Source: a virus (lineage: Duplodnaviria; Caudoviricetes). From it: DNA of 59,526 nt. Position 1 is the stretch's first letter; the number at the start of each line of letters is the position of its first letter. This document shows positions 1 through 8,851 of the stretch, in pieces. Made by a program: the position numbers and the translations under genes. Below the pieces are notes generated by a model, which was not told where the DNA came from, ran no database searches, and saw nothing but the letters and a program-made list of their open reading frames with translations. The stretch spans positions 1 to 59,526 of IMG/VR virus record IMGVR_UViG_3300008108_000206; one strand, 5' to 3'.

Positions 1-156
1 CGTGAAGAAAACGACAAAGAGTATGAGAAACGGATGAAGCAACTGGAGAAAGAAAAAGTAGAAAAAGCAAAAGCAAAGGAACGAAAACTTCAACAACTCA
101 AGAAAGACCTTGCTAATCTAACTGAAGACGAACTCAAACAACTTGGAGTAAAATGA
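1..156 (+). CDS. hypothetical protein, 5'-truncated, charged coiled-coil
   Basis: Open frame from base 1 (REENDKEYEKRMKQLEKEK...LGVK) to TGA 154-156, which overlaps the next ATG (ATGA). Confidence 0.7.
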   Translation, partial: REENDKEYEKRMKQLEKEKVEKAKAKERKLQQLKKDLANLTEDELKQLGVK

Positions 157-338
157 TTGAACGAGTAAAATTCACACACGTCACACGAGTGATTGACCCA
201 AAGACACGCATTCATTATCTGGATGCTGTTGATGAGAATGGACGACACTGGACTGCTCAGATGACACATACAGAAGAGCCGTGGATTATCTACAAAGAAG
301 TTTGGAAAGAAGACCCACAACAACCATATATGCTATGA
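153..338 (+). CDS. hypothetical phage protein
   Basis: ORF track; ATGA-coupled to both neighbours. Confidence 0.75.
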   Translation: MIERVKFTHVTRVIDPKTRIHYLDAVDENGRHWTAQMTHTEEPWIIYKEVWKEDPQQPYML

Positions 339-589
339 CTGATATATCCCGAGAACTTATGGATAAAATAGTTGATAAGTTAATAAAAGAACATAAAGCA
401 CAAAAACTTTTCAATAGATTATACGATGAGCTTGGTTATGATTTTGAAACTTGTGAAAATATTGTAGAATTGGTGGAGGATTGGCTCCCTGAACCACAAT
501 CTGCTGCTGGATCACAGAATGTAAACACTGAACTACTTGTTGAGGGTTTCAACCACTGCCTTGAAAAAATTAAGAGGATGCTACGATGA
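335..589 (+). CDS. hypothetical phage protein
   Basis: Start moved to ATG 335 (ATGA overlap); MTDISRELMDK...GFNHCLEKIKRMLR. Confidence 0.7.
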   Translation: MTDISRELMDKIVDKLIKEHKAQKLFNRLYDELGYDFETCENIVELVEDWLPEPQSAAGSQNVNTELLVEGFNHCLEKIKRMLR

Positions 590-774
590 CTGAACGCAAT
601 TTTACCAAAGAACTTTGCCATCACCGTTATATTGATATGGAGGATGGGAATGATACTGAAACCATTTGTTATCCTTCTTTGATTTGTATTATCACCGAGT
701 TGTGTGATAGGATTGAGAAACTTGAAAGAAAGTTAGAACAGCAGGAAGAGTATGCTATGGAGCAAAATGACTGA
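586..774 (+). CDS. hypothetical phage protein
   Basis: ORF track; ATGA overlap. Confidence 0.7.
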   Translation: MTERNFTKELCHHRYIDMEDGNDTETICYPSLICIITELCDRIEKLERKLEQQEEYAMEQND

Positions 775-1009
775 AGACGATAAGTACGCACTCAAAGAGT
801 TTCTCCGTGCTGTTGGTGTTACCGCTGGCACCCTTGGTGCCTTCTGTATAATCTGTCTTGTGATTATTAATCTTTCCACAAGTGATAAACCAATCAACTC
901 TGCATCATTTGAAGTGGTTGATAAGTACAAAGAGTGTGATGTAGTAAGATATGCACCACATCAAGTTGCAGAGTACAAGTATTTCCTTTATTGTGAGAAG
1001 AACAAATGA
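767..1009 (+). CDS. small single-pass membrane protein
   Basis: ATG 767 follows GGAG; hydrophobic run VGVTAGTLGAFCIICLVIINL. Confidence 0.7.
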   Translation: MTEDDKYALKEFLRAVGVTAGTLGAFCIICLVIINLSTSDKPINSASFEVVDKYKECDVVRYAPHQVAEYKYFLYCEKNK

Positions 1010-1527
1010 ATGAAGACATGCCATGGGTAAATCTCACACAAGAGGAAGTTGATGAACTTCGTACCAAGAAACATGAACTTACAGAGTATGGTAAACAGAG
1101 GTTGAAAGAACTTATGAGAAACCAAGAACCCTATCCTGATGCTATGTTTGAAGAAGCAGAGCGTCGTGAGAAAGAACGCAAAGCACTTGATGCTCTTGAT
1201 AAACTTTATGATGAAAATGGTGATGCACTTCAACAACTTGCAGCAATTGAAAAAGAAGAATGGGAACGCAAAGAACGAAGTGAAACTGTTCTTCGACGAT
1301 ATAATCACTTCTACAATGAAGAATGTTCTGGAATGCCACATGGCACACCAATCACACCAGAACATATGCAAGCAATGGCATTGGAATGTATGGTTGACGC
1401 ACTCATCTGTGAAAACATGAATGTAGAGTATAATACGATTGCAATTGATGACATCAAGGATTTGATTACAGGATTATATAAACAGAGTGATGAGTTTCTT
1501 GCAAGAGTGAGGAAGAACAATGAGTGA
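1006..1527 (+). CDS. hypothetical phage protein
   Basis: 173-aa ORF; ATGA overlap. Confidence 0.75.
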   Translation: MNEDMPWVNLTQEEVDELRTKKHELTEYGKQRLKELMRNQEPYPDAMFEEAERREKERKALDALDKLYDENGDALQQLAAIEKEEWERKERSETVLRRYNHFYNEECSGMPHGTPITPEHMQAMALECMVDALICENMNVEYNTIAIDDIKDLITGLYKQSDEFLARVRKNNE

Positions 1528-1813
1528 CAAACCATTCTATCGGTTTTTTGTGATTGATTATTGTGCCACTGGCGAAGGTCGTTCTATTTGGTTGCAGATC
1601 TGTCGTTATAATCTCGATCAAGAGCGAGATTATGAATTTGTAAAGTTTGCAAATTTTGTGAATAGTGATTATTATCTACGTGGTTGTGATGAACTTACAG
1701 AGCGAGAGTTTCTGGACAAGTATACGAGGTTTATGCCAAACCTGATTGCTGATATGTTACAAAAGAAAACTATTGGCACATGGAAAACTCATTTACATTT
1801 TAACCTATCATGA
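1520..1813 (+). CDS. hypothetical phage protein
   Basis: ORF track; GAGG upstream. Confidence 0.7.
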   Translation: MSDKPFYRFFVIDYCATGEGRSIWLQICRYNLDQERDYEFVKFANFVNSDYYLRGCDELTEREFLDKYTRFMPNLIADMLQKKTIGTWKTHLHFNLS

Positions 1814-1995
1814 GCAGATTCACTGAAAACCCAGACGAGATTGTAATGCAAGACATTGCTATGTTTCATCTTGAAAGCATGAATGATCGAGCACTATGGA
1901 TTGGTGTTTATACTGAAGGTGATGACATTTACCACTTGAATATTCATGCAGACGGTGATAAACTGAGATACTATTGGAGTAAAGAAACACCATGA
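1810..1995 (+). CDS. hypothetical phage protein
   Basis: ORF track; ATGA overlaps at both ends. Confidence 0.7.
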   Translation: MSRFTENPDEIVMQDIAMFHLESMNDRALWIGVYTEGDDIYHLNIHADGDKLRYYWSKETP

Positions 1996-2222
1996 GTTGG
2001 AAAGAATACTGGCAGATGACCAAATGGGAATGGTTTTTTGAAGGTTTTCGTCACATTGAATATATTATTGACTGTCGTGTTACGATGGATCATTTTGGAT
2101 ATGATGACTTCTGGGAGGCATTATCATGGGGTTGGTGTTGCGAATACATCTATCCTTATGATGATCCTTATGATCCTCGTATTTCACCTGAACGCAAGTT
2201 GAGGTTGGGTAGATGGACTTAA
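1992..2222 (+). CDS. Trp-rich hypothetical protein (local paralog family, member 1)
   Basis: Motifs GFRHI and FWEALSWGW. Confidence 0.7.
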   Translation: MSWKEYWQMTKWEWFFEGFRHIEYIIDCRVTMDHFGYDDFWEALSWGWCCEYIYPYDDPYDPRISPERKLRLGRWT

Positions 2223-2374
2223 AATCAGGATTTGAATCAATTCAAGATGCAATCTATTTTCGTTTCACTTTAGAAGATAATATAGATAGATGTGCGTTCT
2301 TTGAGAGTTTATCCAAAGGATGGTATGAAATGTATGTTTGGGATGCAGATGAACTTTCCAGTGTTTTTAAATAA
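2213..2374 (+). CDS. hypothetical protein (local paralog family, member 2)
   Basis: Not in the ORF track (53 aa): MDLKSGFESIQDAIYFRFTLEDNIDRCAFFESLSKGWYEMYVWDADELSSVFK. Confidence 0.6.
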   Translation: MDLKSGFESIQDAIYFRFTLEDNIDRCAFFESLSKGWYEMYVWDADELSSVFK

Positions 2375-2690
2375 ATGGATCATCGGATTTAAACCGATTA
2401 AGTATACACCATTCTGGTGGTGGTATCGTTTGATGTGTCATGAAGGATTTCGCTTTGATGATTATGGAATCTGGGGTGAGTTCTGGCACTCATTAAATAG
2501 TGGATGGCAACACATGGAATATGTGTATAACTTTGAAAAGTTCTGGGGAGAAGGTTCTTATCCGCCAGAACGTATTATAGTATCAGAAGAGGCATATGAT
2601 CAACTGATGGAGCGTATTATTGCTCCACCAGATCCAGAAGTCATGGAAAAAATTCGTAGAGTATTGGAGAAGAAAGCACCATGGGAATGA
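2349..2690 (+). CDS. paralog family member 3 with DUF1778/TacA-antitoxin-like C-terminal tail
   Basis: GFKPI...FWHSLNSGW, then ERIIVSEEAYDQLMERIIAPPDPEVMEKIRRVLEKKAPWE. Confidence 0.6.
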   Translation: MNFPVFLNKWIIGFKPIKYTPFWWWYRLMCHEGFRFDDYGIWGEFWHSLNSGWQHMEYVYNFEKFWGEGSYPPERIIVSEEAYDQLMERIIAPPDPEVMEKIRRVLEKKAPWE

Positions 2691-2848
2691 ATTTTACTGA
2701 CGAACAATACAAACTGATCTACAATGCCGTCAGGCGTTATCAAATTGAAAAAACTATTCTCAATTCAGAAGAATATAATGAATGTGATGTGATCCTTACG
2801 GATCTATTTCCTTATGTTTACACTCAACAACAGGAGCAAGCAACATGA
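2687..2848 (+). CDS. hypothetical phage protein
   Basis: 53-aa ORF MNFTDEQYKLIYNAVRRYQ..., ATGA-coupled on both sides. Confidence 0.65.
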   Translation: MNFTDEQYKLIYNAVRRYQIEKTILNSEEYNECDVILTDLFPYVYTQQQEQAT

Positions 2849-3021
2849 TACAATGCTTTGAAGAGGATGATGGATCTCTCACCATAACATGGGATGATAC
2901 TGATCCTGTTGAATCAGTTCTTAACACATGGACTGAGCAGGACTTTATTGATGCTATCATGGAGAGAGCAAATCAGGTGCTTGGCGAGACCGCTTGCCAA
3001 ACTGACCAGGATGTGCTATGA
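2845..3021 (+). CDS. acidic hypothetical phage protein
   Basis: 58-aa ORF MIQCFEEDDGSLTITWDDTDP...; ATGA overlap. Confidence 0.65.
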   Translation: MIQCFEEDDGSLTITWDDTDPVESVLNTWTEQDFIDAIMERANQVLGETACQTDQDVL

Positions 3022-3050
3022 TGTCTACGAACCACACAAGGAGCTAAATT

Positions 3051-3743
3051 ATGGCGACCGAAGGGTATGTGAAATTTGAATACTTTAGTAAAGGTGTGCC
3101 TCCATACTACGGTACTGGTGGGTTTCCTGAACTTCTTGATGATGAGAAGATTACGATTGAAACTCCTAACATTGAGATGAGTTATTATCAATATGTTGGA
3201 CTGTTCAAGAAGTTTTTGATGGCAGTTGGATTCGATCAAAAGAATCTCATTCAAGCAGGTTGTTCTCTTGCATTTAGTGAGATGAATGATGAGAAACTCA
3301 TGCGTGAGGTTGCAGAAGAATATGAACTGATTATGTCTGAGGATTTACCAAAGATCCTTGAAGATAGTAAGAAAAAAGATTATGAATGGATTGAGAAGCA
3401 CAACGAATCGTGGGAGCAACGCTATTGGGCATTGTATAGGAGATTCAGTAAACTTGCTCATCTGACGGATGATGATCTTGAAGAAACTGCTGTCAAATAT
3501 AGAGAGCGAAACGAAAGTGCATATTATACTGAAGACACTAGCAATAAAGATATGTGGGATCAAGGTGTGATGAAAATCACTACTAACATTCCTGGTCTTG
3601 CTTGGAATGGTCTTGTGCCTGGTTCACCTGAAGCACGAGCAGCAGGATGTATTTGTCCTGTACTTGATAATGAAGAAATGCCTGATGATAAAAAATGGAT
3701 CGATGTAGCATGTCCTATTCATGGTAAGAAAAACAAAACCTAA
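3051..3743 (+). CDS. hypothetical protein with C-terminal putative Zn-binding motif
   Basis: AAGGAG SD; C-terminus PGSPEARAAGCICPVLDN...ACPIHG. Confidence 0.75.
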   Translation: MATEGYVKFEYFSKGVPPYYGTGGFPELLDDEKITIETPNIEMSYYQYVGLFKKFLMAVGFDQKNLIQAGCSLAFSEMNDEKLMREVAEEYELIMSEDLPKILEDSKKKDYEWIEKHNESWEQRYWALYRRFSKLAHLTDDDLEETAVKYRERNESAYYTEDTSNKDMWDQGVMKITTNIPGLAWNGLVPGSPEARAAGCICPVLDNEEMPDDKKWIDVACPIHGKKNKT

Positions 3744-3996
3744 AGCAAAAACATTTGAAGCATTCAAATTTCCATATGAAAGTCACCCCATTTGCTTACA
3801 GCATTATGATGGAGATGATCTAAAGACCTGTTGGTTTGAATGTGAAGAACACTTTCAAAAGTACATTAAACGCTATCAATTGTCAACAGATGAAATTAAG
3901 TTCAAACATAAAGAGAGTTTGGAGGTGGTGGTCGAAAGCACTGGGGGAAAAAGCGTCCGAGTGCGATCACGAAGCAGACAAAGTAGCGGTGATTAG
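3721..3996 (+). CDS. cyanophage-type hypothetical protein
   Basis: FPYESHPICL...KTCWFECEEHFQKYIKRY; its 3' end overlaps the next gene by ~107 bp. Confidence 0.6.
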   Translation: MVRKTKPKAKTFEAFKFPYESHPICLQHYDGDDLKTCWFECEEHFQKYIKRYQLSTDEIKFKHKESLEVVVESTGGKSVRVRSRSRQSSGD

Positions 3997-4228
3997 AACA
4001 TTTATATTTGTCACATATTTAATCACTAATGGTTTTATTGTGGCAAATGCCGTTAGACATTGGAATGACCGAGAAATTAATGTAGAGGTACAAATCTATG
4101 AAAATCCAAACTATTCAGAAGAATTACACACAAAAGGATGGGACCGTGTGGGAATGGAACGAAACGCCAGAATTGAGGGCGTATATCACTCAGGCACAGT
4201 CCGTAATTACACTGGAGAATTTGAATGA
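3890..4228 (+). CDS. cyanophage-type membrane protein
   Basis: WRWWSKALGEKA...DKVAVIRTFIFVTYLITNGFIVANAVRHW; start codon uncertain. Confidence 0.65.
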   Translation: MKLSSNIKRVWRWWSKALGEKASECDHEADKVAVIRTFIFVTYLITNGFIVANAVRHWNDREINVEVQIYENPNYSEELHTKGWDRVGMERNARIEGVYHSGTVRNYTGEFE

Positions 4229-4461
4229 ACCCCCCAAACGAGCATCCTGAGATTGCAGAGCATGAATGGATTGATGATACTTTCCGTGTTGAAGAAACTC
4301 GGTTTAAAGTTTGGAAAAGTTATCACAAAGATGGTAGGTCGCTCATCATGTCACTACACAGACAATCTTGTATTGATGCAACCAGATTTTACCTTAAAGG
4401 ATGCCAGGAAGGCTGGACTGATTCCAAAACATATGAAGGAACAGTAGGAGGGAAACTATGA
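4225..4461 (+). CDS. cyanophage-type hypothetical protein
   Basis: EWIDDTFRVEE...YEGTVGGKL; ATGA overlaps. Confidence 0.75.
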   Translation: MNPPNEHPEIAEHEWIDDTFRVEETRFKVWKSYHKDGRSLIMSLHRQSCIDATRFYLKGCQEGWTDSKTYEGTVGGKL

Positions 4462-4658
4462 GTGAGTATGCTTTTGAATACGAAAGTATTATGGATCGTA
4501 TCTCTGCTCTTGAAGGAGAGATAGATCGTTTGAAAGATGAAAACATTGAACTGACTAATGAATTGTATGCAGTTCAAAATCGTATTGATACTATCTTATT
4601 CAGCAAGATAGATTTAATTTTAAAGGAGAATGAAAATGGCACTATCGGATTCAGTTGA
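4458..4658 (+). CDS. coiled-coil hypothetical protein
   Basis: AGGAGG SD; ISALEGEIDRLKDENIELTNELY. Confidence 0.7.
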   Translation: MSEYAFEYESIMDRISALEGEIDRLKDENIELTNELYAVQNRIDTILFSKIDLILKENENGTIGFS

Positions 4659-4854
4659 AACTAGTTTGAAAGAAGCAGAACAAAGTTTGCGTAATGCATT
4701 ATCATTTGCTGCTCGTCAAGAACGTCCACTGGTATGTAAAACCATTTCTACTCTCATTGCTGACATCGATCAGTTGATGAAGTTTGACAGTTTGATTGAC
4801 AAACTGGAAGAGCGTATGGAAGGAGATAAAGGCAAGTGGGGTCCATTCAGTTAG
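4636..4854 (+). CDS. cyanophage-type hypothetical protein
   Basis: AAGGAG SD; MALSDSVETSLKEAEQSLRNALSFAARQERP. Confidence 0.75.
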   Translation: MALSDSVETSLKEAEQSLRNALSFAARQERPLVCKTISTLIADIDQLMKFDSLIDKLEERMEGDKGKWGPFS

Positions 4855-4947
4855 TAAACATTTGTAACAACAGTATAAAACAAATATTAAGAAGCAGCAC
4901 AACTGCATTAAATAGTGTTAGCATATGGACACATTCACAATCCCAGC

Positions 4948-5109
4948 ATGACTCTTCCCCACAAACCAGAAGTCCTGACAGACCAGGAATGGAAAGAAAT
5001 GGATGCACTTAAACGTGCTATTAACTATCGTCCTCAGTCAGTATCTCCTCACAAAATGGAAGAATTTACAGAGTATCTTGTTCGTAGTTTAAGAGAGAAA
5101 GGTGGATGA
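4948..5109 (+). CDS. hypothetical protein
   Basis: ATG 4948, downstream of a late-promoter-like ATTAAATA (4907-4914). Confidence 0.65.
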   Translation: MTLPHKPEVLTDQEWKEMDALKRAINYRPQSVSPHKMEEFTEYLVRSLREKGG

Positions 5110-5163
5110 CACCTGAATAACTGTCACAAGGGGAGCACCACGCTCCCCTTTTTCATGTATATT
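5106..5163 (+). promoter_or_regulatory. palindrome + early promoter unit 1
   Basis: ATGACACCTGAATAACTGTCAC (5106-5127); -10 TATATT at 5158. Confidence 0.6.
5128..5153 (+). terminator. intrinsic terminator overlapping promoter unit 1
   Basis: AAGGGGAGC-ACCAC-GCTCCCCTT followed by TTT. Confidence 0.7.
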
Positions 5164-5188
5164 AGATGAGTCGTCAGGGATCGCTTCA

Positions 5189-5377
5189 ATGCTCTCCTAT
5201 CCATCCAGAGCACACCACATCGCTGCTGTCTACGATGCGTGTAAAGTGCTTGTAGAAACTTATTGCCATAGTGATGTGCTCGATATTTATGAAGAGCATA
5301 AACTTGGCGATGCTTATCAACTTCAACTCACATGTCGTGAGATCCTTCGTCTTATTTCTGAAGGTGACATCAAATGA
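5189..5377 (+). CDS. hypothetical early protein
   Basis: First ORF after promoter unit 1. Confidence 0.65.
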   Translation: MLSYPSRAHHIAAVYDACKVLVETYCHSDVLDIYEEHKLGDAYQLQLTCREILRLISEGDIK

Positions 5378-5523
5378 GAACCACTTACATTTTCTTTGCA
5401 TTTATTGCCATTCTCATGTATAATGGTATGCTCGCTAAACGAGATGCAGAATTGTTCAAAGCATATGATAAAGTATGTGCTGAACTACCTAAGTCGCATT
5501 CTGATTGTAAATACGCAAAATGA
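5374..5523 (+). CDS. small membrane/secreted hypothetical protein
   Basis: MRTTYIFFAFIAILMYNGML...; ATGA-coupled. Confidence 0.6.
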   Translation: MRTTYIFFAFIAILMYNGMLAKRDAELFKAYDKVCAELPKSHSDCKYAK

Positions 5524-5666
5524 AAACATTTAATGTAATACTTGAGCATTGGCAGACCAGAAAACTTAAGTTCATCACAGTTGAAGAATGTAAAGACATG
5601 GATGAGTGTATCACCCATGTCAAGGAAACTGAACCAGATTTTGAGATCATTCAGATCACACCGTGA
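5520..5666 (+). CDS. hypothetical protein
   Basis: MKTFNVILEHWQTRKLKFITVEEC...; ATGA-coupled; stops at the next palindrome. Confidence 0.6.
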   Translation: MKTFNVILEHWQTRKLKFITVEECKDMDECITHVKETEPDFEIIQITP

Positions 5667-5720
5667 CAGTTTCCAAAGTGGCACACTGCACTGGCAGGTG
5701 CCGCCCATCCACCCTATACT
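5663..5720 (+). promoter_or_regulatory. palindrome + early promoter unit 2
   Basis: GTGACAGTTTCCAAAGTGGCAC (5663-5684); -10 TATACT at 5715. Confidence 0.7.
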
Positions 5721-5744
5721 AAGCAAGTCAACCACACAGGACAC

Positions 5745-6206
5745 ATGAGCACCAACTCTCGCATCGGTTATGAACTTCCAGACCACTCTGTTGTTTCTGT
5801 TTTTTGCCATTGGGATGGTTATGTTAGCAACAACGGTTGTATCCTGGCTACTTATTACACCAACCGTGATGCAGTGAAAGAACTGATTGACGGTGGTTCT
5901 ATGTCTTCTCTTCGTACCACACATCTTTGGGAAACCAAAGCAGTGCGTGATGAAGATGGTGAAATTGTCAAGAATGCAGATGGTAGCTGGGTGATGACTC
6001 CTGTTCGTGACCCTCAGCCACTGTACCACACTGAGCGTGGTGATGAACTGGAGGTTGATCACACTAGTTTCGATGAGTTTATCTCTGGTGATTCTGGTGA
6101 AGAGTATTGCTACCTGTATGACCTGAACGGCAACTGGAAAGCATACAAGATCGGCTGGTCCACACCAGTTGAGCAAGTTGAAATCCCTAACTACGTTACT
6201 GCCTGA
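5745..6206 (+). CDS. phage protein of the HWDGY family, function unknown
   Basis: MSTNSRIG...VFCHWDGY...EEYCYLY pattern. Confidence 0.8.
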   Translation: MSTNSRIGYELPDHSVVSVFCHWDGYVSNNGCILATYYTNRDAVKELIDGGSMSSLRTTHLWETKAVRDEDGEIVKNADGSWVMTPVRDPQPLYHTERGDELEVDHTSFDEFISGDSGEEYCYLYDLNGNWKAYKIGWSTPVEQVEIPNYVTA

Positions 6207-6208
6207 TC

Positions 6209-6427
6209 ATGAACGAAAACGACATCACTGTTACACTCACAGAATCTCAGCATGAACTCATCAATGAGATTCTGTGCCATGCTGCTGATGCAATGAATCT
6301 GGCAGCACCTTATGGCGATGGACTGTGGGATCTGCCACTTGACAATCCTATCATTCAACGCTATGATATGCTTGAGAACATGAAAGATATGTTCTATACT
6401 CTCTGGTCCGATCGCTTTGAAAAATAA
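6209..6427 (+). CDS. hypothetical protein
   Basis: ORF track; abuts the previous gene. Confidence 0.7.
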   Translation: MNENDITVTLTESQHELINEILCHAADAMNLAAPYGDGLWDLPLDNPIIQRYDMLENMKDMFYTLWSDRFEK

Positions 6428-6428
6428 A

Positions 6429-6617
6429 ATGAAAACTTCTACTGCTATTGGTGTTGCTTTTGGTGTAATTGTCCTTGCTGTTGCTGGACTATTTTTTGAA
6501 GCAGCACTTCTTGGATTGATTCTGTCTTGGTTTAGTGTGAACTTGACTATCTGGCAGAATCTTGCTATTGTATTCCTTGCTAACCTCATCTTCAAATCTA
6601 ACGTATCTACAAAATGA
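6429..6617 (+). CDS. small integral membrane protein (2 TM)
   Basis: Almost entirely hydrophobic. Confidence 0.7.
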   Translation: MKTSTAIGVAFGVIVLAVAGLFFEAALLGLILSWFSVNLTIWQNLAIVFLANLIFKSNVSTK

Positions 6618-6778
6618 TTGAAATTCTACTTGCAAGCATGGTTGCCACTACCCCCATGGACAAATCAGAACAGATTAATCGCTTCTGTGCTTATGTGGTT
6701 GGTATTCCATATGCTAGTGATAATTTTAATGATGAAGAATGGGAACGATTTAAATTCTGTAGAGAACATCTAAAATGA
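6614..6778 (+). CDS. hypothetical protein
   Basis: MIEILLASM...FCAYVVGIPYASDNFNDEEWERFKFC; ATGA-coupled on both sides. Confidence 0.65.
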   Translation: MIEILLASMVATTPMDKSEQINRFCAYVVGIPYASDNFNDEEWERFKFCREHLK

Positions 6779-6957
6779 TAACCAAAGATGGATATGCTAC
6801 GGTCCCCTGGGGGGACCGTTTTGTTTTAATATACAATGGGTATCAATTGAGTGATCATAAAACATATGAGGATGCTGTTGATGCACTAAAGAAACATCGT
6901 AAACAAACGAAACAACCAAAGAGAAAAACCACATCGAAGGCTAAACTACCTATCTAA
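6775..6957 (+). CDS. cyanophage-type hypothetical protein
   Basis: MITKDGYATVPWG...; basic C-terminal tail. Confidence 0.7.
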   Translation: MITKDGYATVPWGDRFVLIYNGYQLSDHKTYEDAVDALKKHRKQTKQPKRKTTSKAKLPI

Positions 6958-6958
6958 A

Positions 6959-6966
6959 AATAAATA
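6959..6966 (+). promoter_or_regulatory. T4-type late promoter variant
   Basis: AATAAATA, a 7/8 match to TATAAATA, 22 bp before ATG 6989. Confidence 0.55.
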
Positions 6967-6988
6967 GTGTTACTAGACACACAATGCC

Positions 6989-8851
6989 ATGGCATCGACC
7001 TCTCTAAACGAATCATTATCATGTATTGCATTGGGTTACATTGCAAATGATAATGATCATACTTTAGAGGGGTTTCGTTCTTTGATTACAGAATCAAGTG
7101 CTGGATTGTGGAATCAAATTGTTGCTCGTTGTGAAATACCAGATAAATCCATTGGAACATATAGAAAAGAATATGCAGACATTGGTAATAATATGAATCC
7201 ATGGATATATACATCTTACATGACTGCTACCACAATTGAACAGACATTAAAATTGAAAGGCAAACTTAAAGATTATACATTCTCTAAAGTAGAAAGGAAT
7301 TTATCATTCAAATCATATTGGTTGAAGCAAAAAGCAACATCTGCTATTAAAAAGCATAGTAAAGAAGTATTAAAAAGTCCAGGTATACTAGCAACATTAA
7401 ACGCAGATAAGGTAAACATTGGCGATATTTTCATTATTCATAATAAATCAAAGAAATATAAGCAACTTCATAAACTAATTGATTCTACTGATGTCTCTTC
7501 TACAAAATTAAAGAAGAATATATTGAATAATAAAGATACATTGGATATGCCAACATATCGTAATTTAATGATTGAAGCGTGGAAAGAGGGGGAAATCTAT
7601 TCTGTATCATTAAAAGCATTGGATGTAAAAGCAGAATCAGTTCCAGTTAAAGTTCATAACCTACCTACATCATTAGCACAATCATTTAGTGAGACAGAGC
7701 AAGATAGATTTGCGGTTTTCCTTTCATATCTCGTCAGGGTTGCCCAAAGGAGTGGTAACACCTTCAGTGAATTTAAAAAGGCACTGGATGAATTTGTGGA
7801 CATCAAACCAGTATTATTCACTGCTGCTGATAGATTAAATGTCTATTTTGACTTTGTATATGATGCTGGATCACCAGAAGAACTGAGAAAGAAATATCAT
7901 ATATTCACTAACTTTGGCACTGGTAATGCTATCCACTTTGTGCCAGAGGGTTCTAAATCTGCTAGTGGTGAAGGTGGAATCACTATACAATACTTCTACA
8001 CACTTGTCAAACAATTTCCAGAAATCAAAACTTTTTTTACTGAACTATCTAACATTAGATTAGATATATTTCAAGCAGCATGTGACAAATATAATGTTGA
8101 TTCAACTAAGATATTTGAATCACTTGGTAATAGATCAATGAAGAGTGGTATATTTAATTCATCGTTCTACTTAGCAAAAGATTATGCTACTTTAATTGAT
8201 ACAATGCTTGGGGAAAAGAATATATTTCGAATAGGACAAGTTACACGAAGAGGTAATGATTATTATGCAAAGATAAATGATAAGACAGAGAAAATAGATG
8301 AAGATGGCAACATTGTAATGAATGCAAAAGGTAAACCAGTGATGATACATGTGGTTGATGAAAAGAAAATCTTAACTCCAACTAATCTATTAGTATTACA
8401 AGAGTTCTTTGATAACTATACTGCATATCTATCAAAAACTCGTGGATCAATGGGTAGATTTCTTGGTATATCTGAAAAGGGTAAAACTGATATGAGAAAG
8501 AAATATCAATCCATTGCCAATAAGATTGAAAATCTCTCAAAGAAAGCAAATAAAGCATCTAATCCAACACAAACAAAGAATCAGATCATTCGTGAAGTAT
8601 TGAATGATGTTAAATACTCTCAACCAACATATAAAAAATCATTTGCTCTTTTAACCAATGCTGAGTTTGGTTATCTATTTGCAAAATACCAAAATCATAT
8701 TGAAGAGATACTAAAGAAGCAAATCTTACTATCATTCTATTCTGCTGCAAGCGGCAGAGGATATATTATATTTGATGGCAAGAGATTCTCCGCAGATGAT
8801 TATTATGAAAAGAATGTATCGCCACCACCTTTCCTTAAGGTAGGCAAGTAG
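6989..8851 (+). CDS. 620-aa protein, putative PD-(D/E)xK-superfamily nuclease-like
   Basis: N-terminal TSLNESLSC; ADKVNIGDIF...YSVSLK; C-terminal PPFLKV. Resembles the DKWNP[A/G]DIW...GISLK family I recall from T4-like phages. Confidence 0.45.
   Translation: MASTSLNESLSCIALGYIANDNDHTLEGFRSLITESSAGLWNQIVARCEIPDKSIGTYRKEYADIGNNMNPWIYTSYMTATTIEQTLKLKGKLKDYTFSKVERNLSFKSYWLKQKATSAIKKHSKEVLKSPGILATLNADKVNIGDIFIIHNKSKKYKQLHKLIDSTDVSSTKLKKNILNNKDTLDMPTYRNLMIEAWKEGEIYSVSLKALDVKAESVPVKVHNLPTSLAQSFSETEQDRFAVFLSYLVRVAQRSGNTFSEFKKALDEFVDIKPVLFTAADRLNVYFDFVYDAGSPEELRKKYHIFTNFGTGNAIHFVPEGSKSASGEGGITIQYFYTLVKQFPEIKTFFTELSNIRLDIFQAACDKYNVDSTKIFESLGNRSMKSGIFNSSFYLAKDYATLIDTMLGEKNIFRIGQVTRRGNDYYAKINDKTEKIDEDGNIVMNAKGKPVMIHVVDEKKILTPTNLLVLQEFFDNYTAYLSKTRGSMGRFLGISEKGKTDMRKKYQSIANKIENLSKKANKASNPTQTKNQIIREVLNDVKYSQPTYKKSFALLTNAEFGYLFAKYQNHIEEILKKQILLSFYSAASGRGYIIFDGKRFSADDYYEKNVSPPPFLKVGK

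Noticed and set aside
2894-5748. Track ORFs 2894..3079, 4253..4447 and 5542..5748
   Set aside because: These alternative frames overlap better ATGA-coupled ORFs or run through a promoter unit.
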